DNA of 59,009 nucleotides, the filler included, from an uncultured bacterium (GTDB taxonomy: Bacteria > Hinthialibacterota > Hinthialibacteria > Hinthialibacterales > Hinthialibacteraceae), in the NCBI GenBank assembly GCA_964449065.1. It is 5 parts of 5 records of this genome, joined end to end, with 100 filler letters (N's around TTAATTAATTAA, not from the genome) between each part and the next. Parts side by side here need not be neighbours in the genome. Positions count along the whole stretch, not along the records: positions 1 to 11,943 come from CAYVAZ010000152.1; positions 12,044 to 23,843 come from CAYVAZ010000154.1; 3 more parts are not named here. One strand, written 5' to 3'. Shown in pieces: positions 10,432-18,153 of the stretch (within the stretch, counting starts at the first letter, position 1; each line of letters opens with the position of its first letter). The notes below the pieces were generated by a model. It was not told the DNA's origin and did no database searches. It was given only the letters and a program-made list of their open reading frames with translations. The translations under genes and the position numbers were made by a program.

Positions 10432-10612
10432 CTGCAGATTACGGATGACTGTGTACCATTCGGATTCGAAATGGCATAACCATTTCTTTCGAGGTATAAT
10501 ACCGGTTGCAACTAAGAATGTCCGTTTCAATTGGGTTTGGAGCATCAACTTCCAACCGGTAAAAATATATGCGCGCATCAGCGAAGCGCAGCCCCTTACT
10601 GCGAAGCAATCC

Positions 10613-10665
10613 TGGGATGGCAAAACTCCTGCCAAGCCTCTGGAGGGCGAGGCTCCCGCCGAGCC
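10613..10665. repeat. Tandem pair of REP-like palindromes
   Basis: GGGATGGCAAAACTCCTGCCAAGCC followed by the related GGAGGGCGAGGCTCCCGCCGAGCC, downstream of cusA. Confidence 0.6.
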
Positions 10666-10800
10666 GGAAGCGCAAATAAAGTAAATGAAAACCAAAGAGC
10701 GGGTTTCACTATGATGTGAAAATGTGTTGTTATAATGATCATATGGGTCTTATAATGTCGGATGATTAGATTAAGCATACCCAGGTTAGATGAGGATTAA

Positions 10801-11001
10801 ATGGAAACGGTAAAAGAGTTAGAACAAAGAGTATCCAATTTATCCCGCAAAGAATTAACCGAATTCCGCTCATGGTTTGAGGCGTTTGACGCGGCGGTTT
10901 GGGACGGGCAGTTTGAAGAAGACGTCAAAGCCGGAAAGCTGGATCACCTGGCACAACAAGCGCTGCAAGATTTTAAAGACGGCAAGTGCAAAAAAATATG
11001 A
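10801..11001 (+). CDS. Putative antitoxin (66 aa)
   Basis: GAGG RBS; small acidic/helical protein with WDGQFEEDVKAGKLD; ATGA overlap with a RelE/ParE-like gene. Confidence 0.75.
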   Translation: METVKELEQRVSNLSRKELTEFRSWFEAFDAAVWDGQFEEDVKAGKLDHLAQQALQDFKDGKCKKI

Positions 11002-11249
11002 AGCACTTTACCAGCCCCTCTTTTTGGGATTGTTATGACAATCTGCCTTCAAACATACAAATCCTAGCCGATAAGAATTTTCAACTGTTAAAAGAAAACC
11101 CGAAGCATCCGTCATATCATTTCAAAAAAGTGGTGCCTTTTTGGTCTGTCAGAGTGGGCAAAAGATACCGCGCGGTCGCGGTAGAAAATGAACAGGGCTT
11201 GGTTTGGTTTTGGATCGGAACCCATGCGGAATACGATAAGTTGTTGTAA
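10998..11249 (+). CDS. RelE/ParE-superfamily toxin
   Basis: LLKENPKHPS..FKKV..WSVRVG..YRA..WFWIGTHAEYDKL signature. Confidence 0.8.
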   Translation: MKHFTSPSFWDCYDNLPSNIQILADKNFQLLKENPKHPSYHFKKVVPFWSVRVGKRYRAVAVENEQGLVWFWIGTHAEYDKLL

Positions 11250-11292
11250 CATCGGGATTCGGAATGGATGTACGACCGCTTCCAAAGCAAGC

Positions 11293-11322
11293 GTAGGGTG
11301 GGTCGCGTTGTTTTGACCCACC
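11293..11322 (+). repeat. REP element flanking RAYT
   Basis: GTAG foot plus GGTGGGTC-N10-GACCCACC hairpin; a matching arm GGTGGGTCA at 11935-11943 on the other side; degenerate copy at 54762-54792. Confidence 0.85.
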
Positions 11323-11341
11323 GAGATCATCCTTGATATCC

Positions 11342-11893
11342 CTATTCACCCGCACACGTATCCATCAAATCGTTCGGCTCAACCGCACCCCATCCTTCAT
11401 CATACCACCCCATTTTTACATAACGGTGAAAAGATGACCATTTCCAATCTTTGGGTGATTGAGCATATCCATGCTTCACGGGGTTGTAATGGATGTAATG
11501 AAGATGACGCTCAAAATCCTGTTCACCCCGAATATGATGTTCCCAAAACCTGCGCTCCCAAACCGCTTGTTCTTTTTTCGCTTTTCTTGTATTCGACAAT
11601 TCAACATTTGAAGAGACACGATTCTTCATCTCTTGGGTAAATTTATCTTTGATTAACCGCCATCGTGTTGAATAATCCGCATCGCCATCCGGTAACTTCC
11701 AAATGGCATGGAGATGATCGGGCAACAAAACAATGGCTTCAATATCAAAAGCCCATCGTTTCCGCACATGTTGGAAGGCGTGATGCAAACAGGCACGTGC
11801 ATATTCTGATGTAAGAATCGTTTGACGTTGGTAGGTTACAACGGTGAAGAAATAGAACGCATTTGGAATTTGTATTCTACGGTAATTGGGCAT
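11342..11893 (-). CDS. rayT: REP-associated tyrosine transposase (RAYT/TnpA-REP, Y1 HUH)
   Basis: MPNYRR, YFFTVVT, LPDHLH (HUH), WERRFWEHHIR, YIHYNPVKHG and WSSF motifs; flanked by REPs. Confidence 0.93.
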   Translation of the reverse strand: MPNYRRIQIPNAFYFFTVVTYQRQTILTSEYARACLHHAFQHVRKRWAFDIEAIVLLPDHLHAIWKLPDGDADYSTRWRLIKDKFTQEMKNRVSSNVELSNTRKAKKEQAVWERRFWEHHIRGEQDFERHLHYIHYNPVKHGYAQSPKDWKWSSFHRYVKMGWYDEGWGAVEPNDLMDTCAGE

Positions 11894-11943
11894 AATATAA
11901 AATTCATAGCGTTAATTGTCTCACTGGCGCGAGCGGTGGGTCA

Positions 11944-12043
11944 NNNNNNNNNNNNNNNNNNNNNNNNNNNNNNNNNNNNNNNNNNNNTTAATTAATTAAN
12001 NNNNNNNNNNNNNNNNNNNNNNNNNNNNNNNNNNNNNNNNNNN
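11944..12043. other. Artificial contig linker
   Basis: N44-TTAATTAATTAA-N44 (stops in all frames). Confidence 0.98.
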
Positions 12044-12685
12044 CCTATGAAGATTATTGCAATCTTCCCGNNNNNNNNNNNNNNNNNNNNNNNNNNNNNN
12101 NNNNNNNNNNNNNNNNNNNNNNNNNNNNNNNNNNNNNNNNNNNNNNNNNNNNNNNNNNNNNNNNNNNNNNATGACGGCAATCAATATGAAATTATTGAGG
12201 GGGAAATTTACATGGCTCCCGCACCGATCCCGTTTCATCAACAAGTTCGGGTCACAATCGTGACATTGCTGAACTCATTCGTCCGGCATAAAAAATTGGG
12301 CCGTGTATTGGACTCACCCATTGATGTATTGTTTTCGAAAACGGATGTTGTGCAGCCGGATATTGTCTTTATTTCTAAATCAAATTTGAACATCGTGGAA
12401 GAGAAGTACATCCATGGCGCGCCGGATTTGGTGGTGGAAGTTCTATCACCCGGCACACAAAAAAAAGACCGGACGATAAAGCACAAGTTGTACGAAAAGC
12501 ATGGCGTACAGGAGTATTGGATTGTCAGCCCGGAAGGCAGATCGGTCGATCAATATATCTTACAAGATGGATCAATGATCTTGCAGACTGTGTTTACCGT
12601 TCAAGATACATTAACTTCAACCCGTTTTCCGGGATTTGAACTTGCGTTACACGAAGTTTTTGAAGACATAAACGATTTGGATTGA
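12044..12685 (+). CDS. Uma2/DUF820 family PD-(D/E)xK endonuclease, 5'-truncated by contig edge and interrupted by an N gap
   Basis: YEIIEGE, VVQPDIVF, GAPDLVVEVLSPGT and GVQEYWIVSP motifs. Confidence 0.85.
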   Translation, partial: PMKIIAIFPXXXXXXXXXXXXXXXXXXXXXXXXXXXXXXXXXXDGNQYEIIEGEIYMAPAPIPFHQQVRVTIVTLLNSFVRHKKLGRVLDSPIDVLFSKTDVVQPDIVFISKSNLNIVEEKYIHGAPDLVVEVLSPGTQKKDRTIKHKLYEKHGVQEYWIVSPEGRSVDQYILQDGSMILQTVFTVQDTLTSTRFPGFELALHEVFEDINDLD

Positions 12686-12706
12686 TTTTCATTTGGAGCG
12701 GACATT

Positions 12707-13282
12707 ATGGTACAGAGCGCGGCATCTACCGTTCGATTTACGTATGAAGATTATTGCAATCTTCCCGATGACGGCAATCAATATGAAATTATTGAGGGGG
12801 AAATTTACATGGCTCCCGCACCCATTCCCAATCATCAGCGTATCAGCCGCCGGATTTTATCCAGCCTTGACCGGTTTATTGAAAAGCACGATATGGGAGA
12901 AATGTTTTTTTCTCCGATTGATATTGTCTTTTCAAATATCAATGTGGTTCAGCCAGACTTGATATATATCTCGAGAGAAAAAACACATATCATTGGCAGC
13001 AAATTTATTGAAGCATCACCGGATTTGGTTATAGAAATACTCTCACCGGGCACAGAGAATAAAGACCGAAATCATAAACAGAAATTATACGGGAAATTCA
13101 ACGTTCCCGAATATTGGATTGTTAGTCCACAAGGGAGAACCATTGAACAATACTCGTTGCAAGAAGGCAAAATGACATTGCGGAACGTGTTTACCATTCA
13201 GGATGTGTTAACCACAAAACTGTTGCCGGGATTTGAATTGCCGGTTGCAAGGGTATTTGAAGGAATCCATGAAACGGATTAG
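12707..13282 (+). CDS. Uma2/DUF820 family endonuclease (tandem paralog)
   Basis: TYEDYCNLPDDGNQYEIIEGE, QPDL, PDLVIEILSPGT and EYWIVSP motifs; GGAG RBS. Confidence 0.92.
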   Translation: MVQSAASTVRFTYEDYCNLPDDGNQYEIIEGEIYMAPAPIPNHQRISRRILSSLDRFIEKHDMGEMFFSPIDIVFSNINVVQPDLIYISREKTHIIGSKFIEASPDLVIEILSPGTENKDRNHKQKLYGKFNVPEYWIVSPQGRTIEQYSLQEGKMTLRNVFTIQDVLTTKLLPGFELPVARVFEGIHETD

Positions 13283-13372
13283 AGCGATTCAAAGTTGTAT
13301 AGCCGGGTAGCGCCGACTTCTAGCCGGTAAGTATGTACGCTTTAGACCTCTACGCAAACTTGAATTGCTCTA
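13280..13372. mobile_element. Complete MITE family C (TA-bounded, 93 bp) containing a GTAG REP-like hairpin
   Basis: TIRs TAGAGCGATTCAAAGTTGTATAG and CTACGCAAACTTGAATTGCTCTA; internal GTAGCGCCGACTTCTAGCCGGT. Confidence 0.8.
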
Positions 13373-13855
13373 AACATCAAAAAACTTCAGATCGGTATCG
13401 CGATTGGCTTTGGTGATGTAGGCGATTTGTCCCAGGTGGTAGGAGAAGTGTTCGACCACGTGGAAGATGGCTGTAAGGCAGGTTTCATCAAAGCCTTGGA
13501 TGGTGACCGGCTCCATGAGTTTATCCGGTGGAAAGGCGCGTAAAACTTCTTCCACTTCATTCAGGGTGAATTCCATCTTTTGGATGAGATCTGCTTTGGG
13601 GATGGGGCCGCGTTCGTCGAACTCTTGCTGACGTTGGCGAATGTCGGGATTGCCGCCGAGCCCATGAACCACCCATTGGCGGACGTTGCCGCAAAGATGC
13701 AGGATGATGTTCCCCACACTGTTACTGGATTGGTTCGGACGCTGCCAGACCTCTTCTTCAGAGAGTTGATCCACGCAGGATTTCAGGCGGTGAAAGTAAT
13801 CTTCTTTCAGGCGCCAGATGGCGTGGTCGATGAAGTGTTGGCCGGGTTGATTCAT
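13370..13855 (-). CDS. DinB/DUF1572 family protein
   Basis: SNSVGNIILHLCGN and HVVEHFSYHLGQI His motifs. Confidence 0.88.
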   Translation of the reverse strand: MNQPGQHFIDHAIWRLKEDYFHRLKSCVDQLSEEEVWQRPNQSSNSVGNIILHLCGNVRQWVVHGLGGNPDIRQRQQEFDERGPIPKADLIQKMEFTLNEVEEVLRAFPPDKLMEPVTIQGFDETCLTAIFHVVEHFSYHLGQIAYITKANRDTDLKFFDV

Positions 13856-13946
13856 GATTCAATGTTTATTGCTACGTTCGAACTTTCTATCCCCTGAATA
13901 AGAGAAAACGTTCGCGGGCTGGAAGCCAACGCTAAGGATACTTATA

Positions 13947-14609
13947 TTACTTTGCCAATTCTAATACCTTGTTCATGCATTTCTCAATCCCTTGGGCGAC
14001 ATTGGCAATGTTGGGACCCAGCATATACGCCGGTGTAGAAACGATGCGGTTATCTTCATCCACGGCAATGTCGGTCACGGTGGCCGGCTGGTTTTCGCTG
14101 CCCAAATCGCGCAACGCGCCTGCGGTGGCGGCATCGCTCCCGATCGTCATGATGCTTTTCACGCCGTCGTCTTTTAAAGCACGCGCAACGGTTACCGGAG
14201 AAATGCAGATCGCTCCAATCACTTTCTTCTGCGCATACGCTTGACGGATGGCCGCCGAAACATCGGGATCGATGTTGCAGTTGGCCCCGTCCACCGCGAA
14301 GGTACAGAGGTTTTTGGCTGCCCCGTACCCACCGGGGAAGACCACCGCGTCGAAGTCGGCCACATTGAGCTCGGTGATGGGTTTGATATTGCCGCGGGCA
14401 ATGCGGGCGGATTCAACCAGCACATTGCGTTCCTGCGTCATTGGTTCTTGGGTTAAATGATTGATGACTTGGGCTTGCGGTTTGTCGGGCGCGAAACACT
14501 GAACTTCCGCTCCCCCTTTTTCTAAGTAGAGCATAGAAAGTACCGCTTCATGAATTTCAGAACCGTCGAATACACCGCATCCGGATAAGATAAGGGCTAC
14601 GTTTGCCAT
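13947..14609 (-). CDS. elbB: ElbB/ES1 glyoxalase (DJ-1/PfpI family)
   Basis: LSGCGVFDGSEIHE, RNVLVESARIARG, PGGYGAAKNL and STPAYM motifs; GAGGTG RBS before ATG 14609. Confidence 0.93.
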   Translation of the reverse strand: MANVALILSGCGVFDGSEIHEAVLSMLYLEKGGAEVQCFAPDKPQAQVINHLTQEPMTQERNVLVESARIARGNIKPITELNVADFDAVVFPGGYGAAKNLCTFAVDGANCNIDPDVSAAIRQAYAQKKVIGAICISPVTVARALKDDGVKSIMTIGSDAATAGALRDLGSENQPATVTDIAVDEDNRIVSTPAYMLGPNIANVAQGIEKCMNKVLELAK

Positions 14610-14729
14610 AGTACACCTCGATTGCATTTAGACTGACTCATTTATTGTACCAACATCAAGCGGATAGGAAACGGTCTAATCCTAATAGGGCATCAAGCCG
14701 AAAAGTAAAAAAAGATGGTGTGTGCTGTG

Positions 14730-14966
14730 TGTACATGTTATAGAACATTTTTCCTGGCTGAACTTCATTCCTTTTGCAGGCTTTTGCGTATTCTTTGTAG
14801 TTTTCAGGATATACGTTCTTGAATTGAAGAGCGATACCGCGTCCCATTACGCCGACGCAGTTGACGGTATTCACCACAGCCTCTACTTCTTCTTTAAGTA
14901 TATCCCCTGCTTTATACTCAATCATTTCTATTCCTCCATACCCTAATAATACCAATTCTTTTCAAC
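14730..14966 (-). pseudogene. Remnant of a darT-darG junction: truncated DarG-type macrodomain preceded by a probable darT C-terminal fragment
   Basis: From ATG 14925: [36 protein letters not shown], degenerating after ~60 aa; upstream VEKNWYY* at 14966-14943. Confidence 0.75.
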
Positions 14967-16572
14967 TAGCTTCGGCTGTAATTTGATTTAAAAGCGTTTG
15001 GGCTTCCGCGTGACCGGGTGATTTTTTGAGGACATCGCGCAAAAGTTTTTCCGCTTCTTTCAGTTCCTGGTTTTGGATGTGCTGTTTGGCGGTTTGCATC
15101 ATGGTGAGCAGCTTGGTTTTTTCGTTTTGGGCCTGCTTGAATAATATTTGCCCCTTCTCTTTTAGCGAATCATCCAACGATTCGCTTTCCGTTATATTGA
15201 CGGCCAGCTCGGCCATATAGGCCGCGTCGTCGAATTTACCGTCGTCCAAGGCATCTTCCGCGCGGGCAAGATAACGTTTGACGTATTCCAAACTTTGCTG
15301 GGCTTCGCGATCTTCTCGCATACGCGCGGCTTCATAGCGGCGGGCAATTTCAAGAGGACTGGTCATGATCTCTTGAATTTCTTCATGGACATATTGTACG
15401 ACCGGCAATTGCGGAGAACGTTTTTGGGCGTTTTGTATATTGGTTTGAGCGAGTTCGAACTGGCCGTTATTGATATTTTTCAAGGCTTCAACCACCATTA
15501 GGCTGGCGTATTGCATCTCGTCAATTTTTTGCTGCAATTGGCTGATTTCCTCACGCCGTTCACGGATTTCCTGCATTTTGGTTTCGATCATGTTTTCGTG
15601 GGCGGTTTTTAAATTGGCGATGGCGCGTTCTTTGTCATCGCGGATGCTGTTGCTGGTTTCTTGCGCGAGTTTTAACTTTTCACGCAAATCGGCAACCCGT
15701 TCAACTTCCAATTGCAGTTGTTCTTTGCTTTTTTGCAATTCATTTTCCAACGAGGCGATTTTGCGGTTATTGGTATTGATGACCGATTCTAAATTTTTGA
15801 GCTGTTGTAACTCTAAATCTTTTTCTTTCAGTTTGTTGTTTAATTCAGCAATTTGGGTGGAGGTCCGCTGCATTTGCTCTTGGCGGCGCTGCAGAACCAA
15901 CTCGTATTGATCTTTGGAGGCCTGCATTTGCTTGTCTTTTTCCGCCAGCTGGGTGCGGAGTTTTTCCATCTCGGTTAGAAGACCGGTAACCCCGCCTTCG
16001 GGAAAGACTTTGTTAAACGATTCGACTTCGTTTTTGTATTTTGCTACATTGCTGCTTAGTCCGGATATTTGGGTTTGCAGGTCATCGACCTGATTGCTTT
16101 TGAAGTACAAACTGATCCCCAAGTAGAGGGTGACAACCAGCAGTACCGCCGCGGCGACACCGCTGCCGATGGTTGCTAACAAAAAGGGGCGGCGGGTTTG
16201 TTCTTCGGCATATTCTTCTTCCATATCGTGAGCTTTTTCAATGTTGTGGTAGGCCTTTTCCATTTCCGGGTCAATCGCTAGGCAGCGTTCCCAGGCATGG
16301 ATGGCTTCGCTGAATAGACCTTTTTGCGCATACAACGTTCCCAAGAGATTGTGGTAATTGGTGTTTTGCGCGTTCATCGACAAGGCGGCTTCCACCTGAC
16401 CGATGGCTTCATCCAGTTTGCCGGCATGGGCAAGCGCCAGAGCTTCGTTGTAGTGTTCGTTGGCGTTGTCGATCAGGCTTTTAACAGCTGTGATATCCGC
16501 GCCGCACGATTCGCAATTGACCGCTTCCAATTTATTTTCCGCTCCGCATTCGGGGCATATAATGAATTCCAT
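14962..16572 (-). CDS. Zinc-ribbon + TPR + transmembrane + coiled-coil + TPR protein
   Basis: CPECGAEN..CESCG, TPR repeats (YHNLLGTLYAQKG), one TM helix, long heptad region; AGGAG RBS. Confidence 0.85.
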   Translation of the reverse strand: MEFIICPECGAENKLEAVNCESCGADITAVKSLIDNANEHYNEALALAHAGKLDEAIGQVEAALSMNAQNTNYHNLLGTLYAQKGLFSEAIHAWERCLAIDPEMEKAYHNIEKAHDMEEEYAEEQTRRPFLLATIGSGVAAAVLLVVTLYLGISLYFKSNQVDDLQTQISGLSSNVAKYKNEVESFNKVFPEGGVTGLLTEMEKLRTQLAEKDKQMQASKDQYELVLQRRQEQMQRTSTQIAELNNKLKEKDLELQQLKNLESVINTNNRKIASLENELQKSKEQLQLEVERVADLREKLKLAQETSNSIRDDKERAIANLKTAHENMIETKMQEIRERREEISQLQQKIDEMQYASLMVVEALKNINNGQFELAQTNIQNAQKRSPQLPVVQYVHEEIQEIMTSPLEIARRYEAARMREDREAQQSLEYVKRYLARAEDALDDGKFDDAAYMAELAVNITESESLDDSLKEKGQILFKQAQNEKTKLLTMMQTAKQHIQNQELKEAEKLLRDVLKKSPGHAEAQTLLNQITAEAS

Positions 16573-16663
16573 TATCCTTACTCCTTTTTTGCATTCTTCT
16601 ATTTGAGCCTATTCGCCGGTGATCCGCCGAAATAGGCCTATCGATTTGTTGCCGTTTCATCAC

Positions 16664-17049
16664 AAAAGCATTTCAAAGTAGAAGAAACCGTATCTGTCGT
16701 GGCTCCCCACTTATTTTGGGGGGGGAAGGGGGATCAAACACGACATCAAATACTCTCTCTTTCTATTAACACAAACCTGAAATGCTCTAGTACAGTGTCA
16801 ACGATTTATTGACGGGTATCGCTCCTCCCTAGCCCCATGTCATTGACTTAAAAAAATTCCGGGGGATTTGTGTACTAAAATAAGTGATTGCGTTCTTCAC
16901 AACCCCCTCTGTGTCTCCCCCAAACTTGGGGGAGAAGATGTTGTGTTTTCAAGTTTAATACCTTAAATCAATGACAATGCCCCTAGTCCCCCTTAATAAG
17001 GGGGGACAACGGATAGCCAGCCGTCATTTTTAGATTGAAACAATACTAA
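16664..17049. mobile_element. Composite of nested MITEs: degenerate family C (16664-16790), family A (16787-17049), and family B inserted in A (16835-16979)
   Basis: C end GAAATGCTCTAG; A TIRs CTAGTACAGTGTCAACG and TTGAAACAATACTAA; B TIRs CCATGTCATTGACTTAA and TTAAATCAATGACAATG with imperfect duplicated CCCTAG flanks. Confidence 0.8.
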
Positions 17050-17269
17050 TACAATCGAACTCATTAAAAAAAGATATGAACGAGTCCAACCTGCCTTTTT
17101 TGTTTAACGTTTCAAGAGATGAAACCGTTAGGGAAAAGTTTCTATCCCATCATAAGTGCTATATTGTAGTAAAGTTTTGGGATTTCGCCAACCAAGGCTG
17201 AAGAAAGGAAAAAGCGTATATTCATTTCATTGAATACACGCTTCTGAATCCGCTTTATGCGGCGGCAAC

Positions 17270-17890
17270 TTATTCGACCATCACGCCGGGAAAAAACACC
17301 GCGATATCGCCAATGCTGACCAAGCCGTTCGTAACATCATAGCGTAAAGTGCAATCGTCACCATTATTGCCGCAAAGAGCCGGGGCACCGATGTTGGTTG
17401 CAAACGATTTCACATAACCAATCGAGGGACAACCCTCAGAACTGGAAAGACTCACCGCTTGACTGCGCAGCGCAAAAGGGGGGAAATAAGCCCAATAATC
17501 CGCGCACGTGGCCGAACCATGCCGTCCATTCGCGTTAATACTGGTGCGGATATAGCGGTACCAAGTCCATTGTGTCCATCCTTCCGGCTGGCCGCTGTTG
17601 TTATCATATTGGGGCGGGAAAACGTCTTTTGGCACGGATGACATATAGGCAATTGGAGTAGAGAGCATAAAGATATTGTGGGTAGGGGGATAATCGTTGT
17701 TATCTAAAAAATACATTTCCATCGCTGTACCAATGGCTTTGAGGTCAGCTTTGCAGCGAGCCACTTTCGCTTTGGTTTGCGCGTTTAAGAAGTTGGGGAC
17801 AGCGATCGCAGCCAAAATCCCAATGATGGCAACCACGATAAGCAATTCAATAAGAGTAAACCCGTTACGATGACGCATGATTGTCTCCAT
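17270..17890 (-). CDS. Prepilin-type N-terminal cleavage/methylation domain protein
   Basis: GFTLIELLIVVAIIGILAAIAVPNFLNAQ; LSTPIAY; C-terminal YDVTNGLVSIGDI. Confidence 0.92.
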   Translation of the reverse strand: METIMRHRNGFTLIELLIVVAIIGILAAIAVPNFLNAQTKAKVARCKADLKAIGTAMEMYFLDNNDYPPTHNIFMLSTPIAYMSSVPKDVFPPQYDNNSGQPEGWTQWTWYRYIRTSINANGRHGSATCADYWAYFPPFALRSQAVSLSSSEGCPSIGYVKSFATNIGAPALCGNNGDDCTLRYDVTNGLVSIGDIAVFFPGVMVE

Positions 17891-18088
17891 CTTATCTTTA
17901 GAAATTTAATTTTACACCCGATGCAATTTAGATTCTCAAGTGAGCGCGACGCTAAATTAACAATCCTAATTGGAAATGGTATTCTACACAATAAGATTAA
18001 AATAGAATCGGTATATTGTAAAGTCGGAAAAACCTAAAACAATGTTCACTCTTTGTGAAATATCCAGAAAAAATATATCAAAAAAATA

Positions 18089-18128
18089 CACCAAAAAATC
18101 CTCCCTTAACGGGGAGGATTTTTTGGTG
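18089..18128. terminator. Rho-independent (probably bidirectional) terminator after the Hsp70 gene
   Basis: CACCAAAAAATCCTCCC-TTAACG-GGGAGGATTTTTTGGTG inverted repeat. Confidence 0.8.
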
Positions 18129-18153
18129 GGTGTTGTTCCGCAATCCAAAGAGT

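Noticed and set aside
12044..13282. Diversity-generating retroelement TR/VR pair
   Set aside because: The shared block is identical with no A-specific mismatches, and there is no reverse transcriptase
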